DNA from: Hyphochytrium catenoides
Taxonomy: Eukaryota; Protista; Hyphochytriomycota
DNA length: 64,000 nt
NCBI GenBank assembly: GCA_900088475.1
Contig: FLMG01002209.1
Coordinates: 1 to 64,000, forward strand
Direction: 5' to 3'
Both the position numbers and the translations under genes were made by a program. The notes below the pieces were generated by a model. It made no database searches and was not told the DNA's origin. It worked only from the letters and a program-made list of their open reading frames with translations. Below are positions 1 to 11,770 of this stretch, in pieces; position 1 is the first letter of the stretch, and each line of letters opens with the position of its first letter.

Positions 1-99
1 AGGAAAGAATATGTCCAATTTCCTTAGGTAACAAGAGCTAAGATCGTTCGGGCGCTCCTGACCCAAGCAGAGGTCAACAATACTGTTAGCAGCCCATTG

Positions 100-490
100 C
101 CGTGAACCGCTGCCATAAACCAAACCGTTGTCATATATTGCTGTGAAACAGCAGCCCGTTCCCCTAGACTACTGTCATAAACCGCTTTCATAAAGCACCC
201 GTTGCCATATACCGCTGCCATAAACCGCTTTCATATTCCTTCGTCACAACCTGCTACCATACTGCTATCAACCGCTGCCATCAACCGCTGCTCTTCTCCT
301 CAACGCTGGCTTTTTCTAACGCGCTGCTATTTTCCTATCACGCCGCCGCGGTTCTCCTATCCTACTGCACTTTCTCTGACCCGCGGCCCTGTCAATAACC
401 CGCTGCCATAACCCGCTGCTATATCCTGCGGCCATAGCCCGCTGCCACCACCCGCTCCCAGAACCCGCTGCCATAACTCACTGTCATAAC
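100..490. repeat. Degenerate array of ~12-13 bp units, consensus (A)CCGCTGCCATAA
   Basis: Recurrent accgctgccata / cccgctgccata variants at about 107, 211, 271, 399, 438 and 464. Confidence 0.75.
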
Positions 491-3400
491 TTAACGCTCA
501 CTGTACCGTATCCGCGTCCGCCTAATCCTTTTGCTCCCGTCCTGCATGCTTTTACTCCTACTCCAGTATTCATAAATTTCTGTCTCCTCGCTCCTACTTC
601 CGCGCTCTGCTTCTTTGTCCTTGATCCCACAAACTCCATCTTCTGTCCTTTTTTATGTTTTCTCTCTTGTTGTTACCAATTCCTCTCCCATTCCGTGTTC
701 TAGCCGTATATGCTCCGTACAAATCACCCCTACATGCCCCCTACTCCAAACTATCTCCCTCTTCTCCATCATTTTTCTACCCCTGTTCGGCGAACTCTAT
801 CCTGAGTCCAATTNNNNNNNNNNNNNNNNNNNNNNNNNCTCTTTGCCTCCTTTGCTGTTCGTCTCTATGTCTTTTTTTTATCTTGTATGCAACTTCTTAA
901 CCCATTTCCTTTCCTCACTTCCTTATAAACTCCCTTTGTCTTTCCCACCCCCTCGACTCGTATGCCTGCTCTATATGCTATATCTTCTCTACATGTCAGT
1001 GCCTCCTATTTCCCCCCCCGTGCTTCATTCTGCTTCTTCTCCCAAACTTCGTCCTCTGCACCGTCCCTTTTCTGATGCCAACTCTCTCTTGCTCTTCGTC
1101 CTTATCTCTCTTTCCTCCAGTTGGAAACTAACCCTCCTATTCTTTTCCCTAACTTTTAGACTGCTCATTTGGTTATTTCCCGTCGGCTTGACGCAGTTCT
1201 TCGTGTCGCGCATGCTCATCAACCGTACTTTGAGATCTAACCTTTCTTTCCCTCCCTCCTATGTTTCCACTCCTGCTTCCCTATGCCGCTTTTCTCCAAC
1301 TTTATACGCTGTGCAAATCCGTTTTGTTGTTCTTTATCTCCTTCCTCGTCTACTCTTGGTCTACATCTCTCTTTTACCCTATCGGTAACTGCTCTCTCTT
1401 GCCATTTTCTAATAGTTCTATACTTTACTTTACTTTTCCTGTCTCCTTGACTCTTTTCTTCTGTCCTACATGCCTTTCACTACCCGTACTTTGATCTTTC
1501 ACCTTATTCTCCCTCACTCCTACTTCTATATCTTCTACAGGCAAAGGAAATGGAGGTAGTAGGGGAGAAGAAGCGGAAATCTCTGCCCCTTGGGTCGAGT
1601 AAGGGAGAAAAGAACACCGACCGTTTCTTCCTTTGTCCCTTCTTCTACTGTTGCATCTTTTATTCATCTACTCATGCATCCTCCATCTCTCTTCGCTTTC
1701 CTTGTAACGTATTCTCGATGCTAAGCGTCGGGCACGCGGGCCGAAGATGACTCGAAGAAGAAGAGAGACAAAGAAAGTGTTATTGTGTAAAAAAAGGATA
1801 TTAATATCTGGAGGGAGAAGAAACGGAGGTACCGAAGAGACAAGGAGAGGAGGGGGCTGCATCGTCAACTGATTCTCTCTCTCTCTCTACTAACGTTTTC
1901 TCGACTTCCTTGTCTGCCAGAAATAGATCTCATGAACTTGCACTCGTACATATCATAGGCGATAGAAAGACAAAGTGAGAAAGACATCAAGGAGCACTTG
2001 AAGGAGCGAGAACAATAGAGAAACAGAGATAAAAGAGAGGACAATCCTGTGTCTCCTGAGTGGTATCGTTAGAAGAGCAAGGAGGTGCCTCACCAAGACC
2101 TAAACTAAGGAGATGACATGCTTTTCTGTTACGGCAAAACAGTACCAGGCTCTCACTTCATTGTCGAGCAGAGCTTCAACGTTCTCTTTTCCCCTATTTC
2201 TAATCTTTCCTTCATAGCTCTGTCGCTCTTCTCCTTGGGTTGCTAGTCCATAATTATCTCTTTCTACTCTCCTCTATTCACTTAGATTCCTCTCTGGCTG
2301 CTTCGCTCATTTCAATAGTTCTCACTCTCTTTGCTGCCTCCCTCTATCGGTCTTTATTGTTATTGCTGGCATTAGTTTCCACTTATAATTTTTCCACCAT
2401 CGGAGGACGATAAGGTTGGGTTCAGTGCAAAGGGTTTTGGATATAAGGCCGATGGCATATTGAGTCTAGATTGCCCTTCCCTGCCTGAAGCCCTCTGGGG
2501 AGGACAAATCTCCTCCTTCCGCCGTCCCGATTGCTTGCAGGAGTCCTACCGGACCTGTCTCTGTTCCTGTTTTTCTCGTTTTGTCCCTCACCGCCCTCTG
2601 GTGCGATGGCTTAGACCCAAGTAGCTAATAGGCTCGAGTCCAGTTCTCTACTCCGATAGAAGAGAAAGAACAACGTAGGACTGAGAATTAGCATGAGAAG
2701 CAGGCAACTATAAGTATACGAGCTGGATAATGCTGTGGAAAGTAATAGCTTGGGATCAAGGGCAGCTAAGGAGCACGGCATCTGTAACAGGCCTATCCAG
2801 AGACCGTCAGCATTGTGTAGTCCATAGGCTGCAGTAGGAGGCAGCAAGTCTTCTGCAGGAGACAAGAAGAGGCAGGAGGCAAGAGCAGGAAGTCGGAGGT
2901 CGGAGCCAGTAGGGCCAGAAGCAACCAAAACGGACTCGAAGTCGAAGTGGGCAGCAGAGGCAGTAGGAAGTAGTAGGACACAAGGAAACAACAAGAAGCA
3001 TAAGATAGAGGTAGTAAGCCTCCAACCACCTTGCTGCCTGCCGGCTCGTGGTCCTCCCTCCCATTCTTCTCCTGCGGTTGCTACCTCAGGAAGCAGCTGC
3101 GCCGAACAGAAGGAATCAAAGGCAGCAGCCGGAGGCAGTAAGGTAACAGCTGAAGACAGAAGGCAGTAGATACCAGGAACCTGGAAGAAAGGGCACCACC
3201 AGGCGCTCGCTCGCTCGCTCTCGTTCTCTGTCAACCTCATCCCGCACTCCACGCAGTCTCCCGGTTCTGAATGAAGACTCTTTCTTGCCGCTCTCACCCT
3301 CGATGCCTCTATCCCTCCTGTTCTCGCCTTTGCGCAGTCTCTCCGTCCACCATCCATTATTCTCTCCACCCAACCGGGTGAGGTTCTGTACGGCAGGGAA

Positions 3401-3808
3401 GCTGAGTACGTTGAGGGATCCGGTTCCTCTTGCGCTCTCTCATTCTCTCCCTTCCCTCTCTCTGGGTGAACACTAACTTTTCCTGGTCTATATCCATCCA
3501 GGAGGAGGCAGCCAAAGAGCGAGAGAGCCTCAGTGAATGAGGTGTCTTTCCATTTCTCTTTCTTCGGTTCTCCCTCCCTGCTAGATCTATTGTTGAGGAC
3601 ATATGCATGTCTTGAGAAGAGGAAAGAGAGGGGAAAGGAAGAAAGAGAGAGGAGGAAGAGAACGGACGTTTATCTCTTTTTGTTTCTTCGTCTTCCTGGT
3701 ACATTTGATCTCTCTCTCTCTTCGTCTTCTCTATTTGCCCGGCCGACGTTCCCCGAGGCAAGAGGGACGAAAGCGGTTAGGATGAAGAGAAAGAAGACAT
3801 TAAAGCAG

Positions 3809-4316
3809 TGTAGTGGAAGTGACCCAAGAGGGAGAGAGAGAGAGAGTGAGAAGGTGCTAGTCTGTACCTTGGCTGGCATCATGGCCTCAGTTCCCGACAA
3901 GCACCACACAGTGGAAGATTTCTCGGGAAACCCCGCGAGTAACCAAGTGCCTTTTACTTCAGACAGAAGTTTATTTACTCCCTTACAGAGGTGAGAAAGA
4001 GTCTCCCTTACGAAAGAGTCAGTCTACCTGAGAATGCCAAGATAGAAGTATTGACCTGCGAGAGAGGTTGCGTCAACAGGCTCTCCTAACAACATGCAAA
4101 GAGAAAGAGAGCAGAAGGTAAAAGAAAGAGATCATTCGCCCTCAGAGCCATTCCTTGACTCTTCGAGTCAGGACTACCCGTCCTGAGAGTACTCTCGAAG
4201 AGAAGAGGCAGCATCCCATACACCTCTTCTAGGAGAGGCAGCATCCCATACACCGGCCGATCCTCATCCAGCGGATCAGGTGGTTGATCAGTAGCTGAGA
4301 AGGTGCACATATAACA
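3809..4316 (-). mobile_element. Candidate 3' LTR of a Ty3/Gypsy element
   Basis: On the minus strand it starts TGTTAT at 4316 directly after a polypurine tract. It has a 30-bp-period duplication (agaggcagcatcccatacacc, ~4204-4254) and AATAAA at 3975-3970. A candidate ...CTACA end lies at 3809; this distal boundary is uncertain. Confidence 0.55.
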
Positions 4317-4328
4317 CCCTTCCCCTTT
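4317..4328 (-). other. Polypurine tract (PPT) of the LTR retrotransposon
   Basis: Minus strand reads AAAGGGGAAGGG immediately followed by TG, ~160 bp downstream of the chromodomain. Confidence 0.7.
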
Positions 4329-4484
4329 AGAATCTTGGCTAGGGAAGAAGCGTAACCAGCGTTAGGACTGTTTAATTTCTACGTCTGGTGCCGCGTTTAG
4401 CTCTCGTTGAAGCAACTGAGTGGTGGTAGATGTGTTAGTCTTTAACCCCAGGTGAAGGCATCTGTCAGTGCTGTCCCTACATCG

Positions 4485-5205
4485 CTATTCTGGAACCCAA
4501 GAAACCTCTGCCAGATTGAAGCCTTTCCATCTAGCCAAGTATTCCTCGCCAGTCCTAGTGAGAGGTATGTCTAGCAGCTCTTCTGCATCATACACTAGAG
4601 CTTGGGTGGCTGGTTTCACTACCGCGTTGGAGTTGGGGGCGTCCGAGAAGCAAAATGTAGTCCTGCTGTTCTCTAGCGTGTCTGCTACGCCGAGGGGAAA
4701 TCCATTCTTCTCTACCTGTTGCCAAGAGTTGGCTGTGATTGCAGCGAGTGCCGCCATCAGAGATATCACTGGTAACTATCCATACGCCAAATAGAAAGAA
4801 GTGAAGCCAGTAGCGGCGTGCTTCCGACGATGATGCACAACCTCTATTACGTGCAGGTCGCGTTCCCAGTTCGTCATCTTGTAGTCCACATAGCAGCGTA
4901 AGGCAATCAGCATTGCCTTATTCACGATCTCCGTCTGACCCTCAGTTTGGGGTCTGTGTGACGTCGACATCATGGCTGGAGAAGTGCGTAACCGTTTCTG
5001 AAGCTCGGTCCAGAATGCACTTGTGAACTTGCTGTCGCTGTCTGAGATGATGACTTGTGGGATACCACGATGCTTTACCACTTCCTTTGAGGGAGAGTAG
5101 CACCGCGTGTTTGGCTGTCTCCGACTTACTGCAGGGGATGGAATGCCCGTGCCTAGTAAGTTTAGGGTTTGGAGGAAGGACAGAAAAACACCAGGCAGCA
5201 TTATT
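4485..5205 (-). pseudogene. Decayed Ty3/Gypsy (chromovirus-type) integrase core with C-terminal chromodomain
   Basis: KLTRHGHSIPCSKSETAK, frameshift near 5087, then KEVVKHRGIPQVIISDSDSKFTSAFW...HRPQTEGQTEIVNK...NWE...ATGFTSFYLAYG (rve core). After a stop comes YDAEELLD...EEYLARWKGFNLAEVSWVPE (chromodomain). No RT or RNase H is seen upstream. Confidence 0.9.
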
Positions 5206-6213
5206 TGGAGGTGCAAAGAAGAAGAGAGAAACAGGGACAAAGAAATAGAGAGATTGCCCTTCCTCCCCGCTCTCCTCAGTCGTCTCATTAGAGAGGAAAA
5301 TGCTGTCTGAAAAAGAGACGGTTCAAGCATGACAAGACGTTTTTTCTCGTACAGCACTTGACGAAAGAGGTAAACCCTCTTCGGGGGTATACCCAGCTGT
5401 CTTCGTTCTTCCCTTTCTTCTTCCTTTTACTGTGCCTGTGGCTCTTTCTCTTTATTCTCCTCATCTCCACATATCTCTAATCTCCTTCTCCCACACTCAT
5501 CATCCTTTCCGTCGTCTCCTCGTATCGCCTTCTTAGCCTTCTATGATCCTTCCTTACCCCTCTTTCTTCTCTCTCTTTCATCCTTCTTGTCATTCCAGAT
5601 CCTTCATTACCACCGCTCTCTCTCTCTCTCTCTTTTTCTCTCCCTCTCTCTCTCTCTTTCTCTTTCCCGTTCCCTGGTTCATCTTACTTTCCCGTGGGCC
5701 CCGCTCAGACTTCCTTCATCAAATGAAAGGAGAGAAAGTAGTTTTCTCTGCAAAGGTAAGTGGTTGAGGATGGTCTTCTTCGCCACCGTCTCTTTGCCAG
5801 AGACGGTCTGAGCAGGGAGTTCCTCTCTTCCCGATCTGCGTGACGTGAAAGTCTGTGCCTTCTACCTGCCAATGCTCACATTCAACATTCTTCTTATATT
5901 GCTCCCTTCCTGCATTTGAGGTTATAAAATTATGGCCACATAATGCTGCTGCTCCACGATAAGGAAGGGTTCGGTTTGGAGGAAAGAGAGTAATAGATGT
6001 AAGGACTTGGGCCGGCTTGAGATTGACAACGAAAGTAGGGAACAAATATGTCGTAGGTCAAACAACGTGGGAACTGGGGCTTAGGAAGAAACAGTGCGGG
6101 GCTTGTCAGGTAGTGGCTCCGAAAAGGCATGTACACAAGGAGACACAGTGACGTCATGGGAAGGGTGAGAATATATGAAATAGAGGAACTGCAGCACGCG
6201 CGGAGATAGTTTA

Positions 6214-6625
6214 TGTCATAACCCGCGGACTAGGAGACAATGCTAATTAAGTTGATATGCATTGGTTCGGACTGTCGTTCCGTAATAGATGCCGCTGCGC
6301 CTAGGTAGATCTACCACATCTACCAGCTAGTTGTACCTAGGTAGATCTACCAGCTGGTCACGTCGTGTCGTCCGACGATGCCCGATGGTCGCTATCATTG
6401 TCCATCTGTTCCGCCGCTGATCTCCTTGTTGTTCTACCATGGGACTGAGGATTGGAAAAGGAACGATGATTGGCTGGCGGGTAAGAGAACAAGTGACGAG
6501 ACGAACAAGTGACGAGACAGAGAAAGAAGAAACGTAGTACGACGGTGAGGGAGAGACAGGCCATATATGGAGTGAGACAGGGCGCGAATTCTGCTTCTTG
6601 CTCTCTCTCTCTCTCTCTCTCTTTC
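6214..6625 (+). mobile_element. Possible LTR fragment with internal duplications
   Basis: Starts TGTCATAACCC. cctaggtagatctacca is repeated at 6300-6316 and 6336-6352; tandem gaacaagtgacgagac at 6487-6518; ends in a CT run. No end motif or TSD found. Confidence 0.3.
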
Positions 6626-7701
6626 TTCCCAATTATATTCTCCGTCTCGCCCTCGCTAGGGCTCTCTCCTTCTCGGTCTAAGCTCGTTCTTCTCGATAGG
6701 TTCTACGATTCTCTGCTCGATTGTCTCCCATAGGCAATGATGTCTTTGGTGCCATTATTTGTGTCGCTTCTCGTTCGTTGTTTTGAGTCTGGCTCTCTCC
6801 CTGTGAATTCTACGGTGATAATCTCCCCTTGTCTTCCTTCACCTTTCCTTTCGCTGTTTTTCGTTCTTTCGCTCTGTCTCTCTCTCCCTCTATATTTCTT
6901 ACTCCTGTCCTTCTCTCTCTTTCTCTCTCCCTCTCACTAAATTCTCTTTGCTTGCCGTTCTCTCTCCCTGCTCTCATTTGCCGGCTGTTCCGGGCTCTGG
7001 GGTTTCATGGAAACCGAAAAAAGGAGAGAAAGAACAGAAAAAAGCGGCGAGCGGGAGGAAGAAAGTGATGCGCTGCTGAAGACGTAGTAGGGAAGGTGGA
7101 GATAGAAGAAAAGAAAGAGTTACGGGCTGCTCTTATTATATTCATCCATAGCAATAACGAATGAAGACTTGATTATAGGTCTTCCTTCTCCTTCTCTCTC
7201 ACCACAAAAGAGACGCGTGGATTCGAGCGACCCACTAGGCAGAGGACACACGAAAAAGAGATGCTATAGCTCATTTTGACACTCTGCTATAATATATTTA
7301 TATCTCTCTATTCTCTTCCCTCTTTTTTCCTCATTGGCCCTCTTTCCCCTGCTTATCTCTTCGGTTTCTCAGTCTTTCCCTTCTGTTTCTCCCCCTTTCT
7401 CTTTCTCTACCATGTTTCTTTGCATTCAGCCAGGTCTCGCTTACTATAGGCTTCCTAACTTCCGTTACAGCTCTCTATCGCTCGCCTGATCCTCTTCATT
7501 CAACGCAAATCAGGGTCTCCACTGTCTCTCTCTAGCCGTTCGTCCATCGGTGAGAGCATTTGACGCCTTATCGCACAGGCAGGGAGACCGCCAAGAGGAG
7601 GGAGAGAGAGACGTCACAAAGAGAGAGACGCCACAAGGAGAGAAAAGAGAATAATAAAGACAAGGCAAACAGTATAGTTAACAGCGAGGAGGGAAAAAGG
7701 G

Positions 7702-9387
7702 ATGGAGCATTATCGAGTGCAATATCGCTGTCTTCTTCTGAAAAAAACTGTTTCGGCCACTTCCTCTATCTCCTATAACTCTCCTCTCTGTTTGTCACTG
7801 CTCCTTCTGCTTCTCATTTGTTCTCTAACTGGGAAAAATGTGACAGCAAAGACGACTTCTTCGTCTCCTTCTTCCTCTTCTTCATCTCCTTCTCTGTCTG
7901 TCTCTTTCCTTACTCGTTTGGCAGGAAGTGCCGCGACAGCTGAGACTTCTCATCATCGTGCCCAGCGGTCCTTAGAGACCTCTTCGCTCTCTCTAGCTTC
8001 TCCTGCTGAAGAGAGATACAAGGAAGAGCAAAACACTGAGGAAACACAGCCGCCGACAAAGAGAGAGGAGGAGCAGGAGAAGAGAAGAGGAAGAAACAGG
8101 AATCTGGCGTCTTTCAACAAGGATACGAGGCATCTCCGCTTCTATTCTGCTGGGGATGTGATGATTGAAGTGACGCCGCAGTCTCGAGCCTCTGGGATAA
8201 GTGGCACCGAGAGGAGAAGAAGAAGGCTGCTTCTCTCCTTTTTAACTAAGCAGCGGCATTCCGGACAACGCAGAGCTTCTCCTGCTGCTCCCTGGTCTCG
8301 CTCGCTGACAAAACCATTGAAGAGCTTAGGAGAAGGCTTCAAAGATCTGCCGTCCTACATAAGTCGGCTTACAGGCAGCAACAGGGGCAATGCTCCTTTA
8401 AAAAAGATTATCACGGAAGAAATCCCTTCTCCTAAACCGAGAGGCAGCAATGTGAGTCCAGACTTTGACCAGAAGGTGGCAAGCTTAATTGGCAGACTCC
8501 TGCGACAGCAGTCATTAGTAGGGACACAAGGAGACATAGGTAACCCTAAGCGAAACTACAATGAGAACGCGGCAGAGGATGGAGCCTCGGTTTTGAAGGC
8601 AAGGGAGGGAGAAGAAGACGGNNNNNNNNNNNNNNNNNNNNNNNNNNNNNNNNNNNNNNNNNNNNNNNNNNNNNNNNNNNNNNNNNNNNNNNNNNNNNNN
8701 NNNNNNNNNNNNNNNNNNNNNNNNNAGCTAATTGGTGACAGCTTCTGGCACGGACTCTCTAACACGCGGAGCACTCTCCTCAAGAGCTGTAGGGATATGA
8801 TCCCGCCGATGGAGCGACTGGATCTCTTGATTAGCGTCATTAAAAGTAGAAACCAGAATGACGGTCGGGTCTCAGTCTATGAAACAGAGCTCCACGACAT
8901 GCTCTCGTTGGAAACAAGATCACCATCTGCTATGCGAGCTGTCCACGACGCAAAAGGTCCCAATAAGGAACTGAAGACGCAAAGAAGTGGGGACGATGGC
9001 GTGAGAATAGAAGGAGAAGCTTCTAACCTGCAGAAGGAAGTTCCTCAGATGGCTCAGGAGTCCAACGTGGAAGACGTTATAAAAGCGGAGATTAAGCTCG
9101 CGATAAGCAGTATAATGGACGAGATCGTTGAGATTATGTACCCACCCTCACGGACGATCTGGAAGAAGCTCTTGAAAGGACCAACCCTAATGGAGAAGAG
9201 AAGGCGTCGGAAGAGAGCTGAAGTTCTGAAGGTTCATCTGACGGAGCAGCTCGTGAGCCTCAACCCAAAAATGCTGGGATTGACGGTCCTCCTACTTCCA
9301 GGCCTCAATGAGGCGGAGCTCATTGGGCTTATGGTGGACAGAGCCATCCTGGAAAGACGGAAGAAAAAGAAGGAAGTACAGACGTAA
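7702..9387 (+). CDS. Intronless putative secreted protein with RxL-EER/RxLR-like motifs (effector-like); paralogue of 12773-13879
   Basis: 561-aa ORF from ATG. Hydrophobic stretch LCLSLLLLLLICSL after ~28 aa; RSLE...EER (7966-8016); RHLR (8128-8139); basic clusters near the C-terminus. Frame across the N gap 8622-8726 is not verifiable. Confidence 0.7.
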   Translation: MEHYRVQYRCLLLKKTVSATSSISYNSPLCLSLLLLLLICSLTGKNVTAKTTSSSPSSSSSSPSLSVSFLTRLAGSAATAETSHHRAQRSLETSSLSLASPAEERYKEEQNTEETQPPTKREEEQEKRRGRNRNLASFNKDTRHLRFYSAGDVMIEVTPQSRASGISGTERRRRRLLLSFLTKQRHSGQRRASPAAPWSRSLTKPLKSLGEGFKDLPSYISRLTGSNRGNAPLKKIITEEIPSPKPRGSNVSPDFDQKVASLIGRLLRQQSLVGTQGDIGNPKRNYNENAAEDGASVLKAREGEEDXXXXXXXXXXXXXXXXXXXXXXXXXXXXXXXXXXXXLIGDSFWHGLSNTRSTLLKSCRDMIPPMERLDLLISVIKSRNQNDGRVSVYETELHDMLSLETRSPSAMRAVHDAKGPNKELKTQRSGDDGVRIEGEASNLQKEVPQMAQESNVEDVIKAEIKLAISSIMDEIVEIMYPPSRTIWKKLLKGPTLMEKRRRRKRAEVLKVHLTEQLVSLNPKMLGLTVLLLPGLNEAELIGLMVDRAILERRKKKKEVQT

Positions 9388-9770
9388 TGGTAACGATGAA
9401 AGCTTTTCGAAGGACGAGAAGAAGAAGAGAAGAGTAACGGCTGTCAGAGAAGAAGATCATACTATGCGCTTCTTCGTTCGTTGGTTCTCATCATTTCACG
9501 CAATGGAAGAAAACCGTTTCTCTTCTTTCCTATGATGCCACCCTACATCCAATCCCCTGCTTCCTCTCTCGTGCTCCCTTTCCTTTTCTCTCTCTCTGTT
9601 TATCTTCTCGCTTTGTCACTAACTATGTGTTTTCAATATATCATTCTTTGTACCAGTCTGCTTCTTTGGTCCAGGTTGTTCTTCATCTGTTGCACTCTTG
9701 TTTATATGAATATCACTAGGGCACCCCTTTCCCCTGTTATTCTTTTCTTTCTCTTCCTAGATCTAGGAAT

Positions 9771-9830
9771 ACTCTCTCTCTTTCTCTTTCTCTCACTTTC
9801 TCTCTCTTTCTCTCTCTCTTTCTCTCTCTT

Positions 9831-9871
<41 letters not shown>

Positions 9872-9875
9872 CTCT
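9771..9875. repeat. (CT)n-rich microsatellite
   Basis: Direct reading of ctctct/ctttct runs. Confidence 0.9.
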
Positions 9876-10836
9876 CCTATCTGTTTCTATCTTCCTCTAT
9901 CTCCCAGTGCGTGCCCTTTGCGCTCAGGTTACAGGTCGGACTTTGGCAGATCTCCTTCCCTCTTTGATCCCTCCGTCGCCATAGCTCGTGTAGTCCTCCT
10001 TCCCCTTGCACTCTCCTTCCCTTCTCTACTATGGCAGGCAAAAAGTTGTTTGCACTTCTCTCCGCTACTAATGGTTTTATCTGTTCCTCCTCTTCAAGTT
10101 ATAGAGCGATCTTGTCTCAGTTAGCCCCTACGCCTCATATTGCATTGAGTCTCGGAGGGTGTTATTTTTGTCGCAGTTACGTCTCCTCTCTTTCTCTTTT
10201 CTCTTTTTACCTCTCCTCTCTTTCTCTCTTCTCTTTTTACCTCTCCTCTCTTTCCTATCGCTCTTCTGCTGCTCTCCCCTCTCTTCGTCTTGCCACTTCG
10301 TTCACTCTCTATCCTATGCTGTTTCTCACTTTGAGAGAGCTTCTCGTCGTCTCTCGTAGACTATTTCTTTACCATGGTTCAGCATGAGATCCTTCTGGAA
10401 GGCTACAGAGCCTTTGCAGTGAAGGAGCTACTTTCCACTGCCCGCGGTGTCTGGCAACTGTCTCTTTCTTCCTCCTCTTTTCTTCTTGTTCCTCTTTAAG
10501 GTCTTATCCCTTCTTCTTCAACGATTAACGCTTATTGGTTGTACAAGCAGACCTAGCAATGGGTCTATCGGACTTCACTTCTGCCTTGTGCCGCGTCCTT
10601 CTTCCTGCTTTCTCTTCCGCGTGCGGCTCTGGTTGATCTTTCTTTGACTTCTTGAACTGACTGTTTGACTGGCAAGGACGCGCTAGGCCGTCACACCGCA
10701 CGAAGCTGGATGATACACCGAAGAGCATCGTGAGCGATTCGAAGGAGGATGAGGGTCGTCTCCTCCGCCATCTCCTCTCTTCTAAATTTCTATGTTCTGC
10801 CAACCGTTGCGCTTTATTTACTTCCGGAGTATAGAC

Positions 10837-10896
10837 TAATAGCTTAAGGTAGAGAGTCCTTCACCTTAATAGCTTAAGATAGAGAGTCCTTCACCT
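10837..10896. repeat. 30-bp tandem duplication with 1 mismatch
   Basis: taatagcttaag(g/a)tagagagtccttcacct x2; nearby caagtcg(g/a)ctgaacac x2 at ~10925-10966. Confidence 0.9.
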
Positions 10897-11644
10897 TCAG
10901 ACTTTGGCTCAATGACAATCGTGGCAAGTCGGCTGAACACGTACTGAAGACAAGTCGACTGAACACTAAGGCCTGTAGCCTTACTGAGTTATGATTGACC
11001 AGCCAGCTTTAGTCGACCTCCGTTCCACTTACTTACACCGACAAGGACAGGGCGGAGCCTGCAGAGTATTTTCTCTCTTCTCTGGTCCTGGAACCTCGGC
11101 CCATCGGCGAACAAACAATAGGAGAGCGCTATTTGACATTCTTTCTTCGTTAACACGTTAGTTACTAGTATTACGCAGAAGAGAAGGAGGAGAAATAAAG
11201 AAGAAGAAAGACGAAGAAGAAGAAGAGACAACAAGAGCTACAAAGCCTTGGCCTTCAGATCAATGTGTTCCACACTCACTCCTTGTCAGAAAAGGAAGAA
11301 TCATAGCTGGCTTTCTCAGTGATGATGATACGACGAGGAGAAGAAAGAGGAGGAGATGACCAAGCGCAGACGACATTGTCATCAATCAGAAAAGGGTTCA
11401 GCTGCTGGAGAGGAAGGCTTAGTTAACGAGGTGCCCACTTTCATATTCTATGTCACCGCAGGTCTTGAAGAATAGGAGTGGTACTGAACTACCATTAGGA
11501 TCGTCTAATGATTGAAGAGAGGACTGGAACCACTTTGACGTCCATAAAAGCCCCTGACAGGCAACAGAGAGGAGCGAGAGGAAGACATAAGCGACAGCAA
11601 AGAGAGACGCACGAGAGAAAGCGAGCTGAGACAGGGAGGGAGGA

Positions 11645-11695
11645 GTGATGAGAGAGAGTGAGAGAGAACTGAGACAGGAGAGAGTGAGGAAATGG

Positions 11696-11729
<34 letters not shown>

Positions 11730-11770
11730 AAGAGACAAAAAGAGAGAGATAGAACAGAGAGAGAGAGTGA
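11645..11770. repeat. (GA)n-rich microsatellite
   Basis: Direct reading. Confidence 0.9.

Noticed and set aside
615-1388. 257-aa plus-strand ORF and many other Leu/Ser/Phe-rich ORFs
   Set aside because: Artefacts of CT-rich sequence or antisense shadows of real exons, often with non-ATG starts
2061-2620. PBS-like TGGTATCG (2061) and TGGTGCGA (~2598), and TGTTA as alternative LTR ends (2127, 2358)
   Set aside because: No adjacent CA LTR end, TSD or paired LTR could be established
2611-3369. 252-aa minus-strand ORF
   Set aside because: Non-ATG start, low complexity and no recognisable motif; probably repeat-derived
5860-5900. KNVECEH on the minus strand as a gag zinc-knuckle remnant
   Set aside because: Needs frameshifts and lacks the remaining ligands; too short to support
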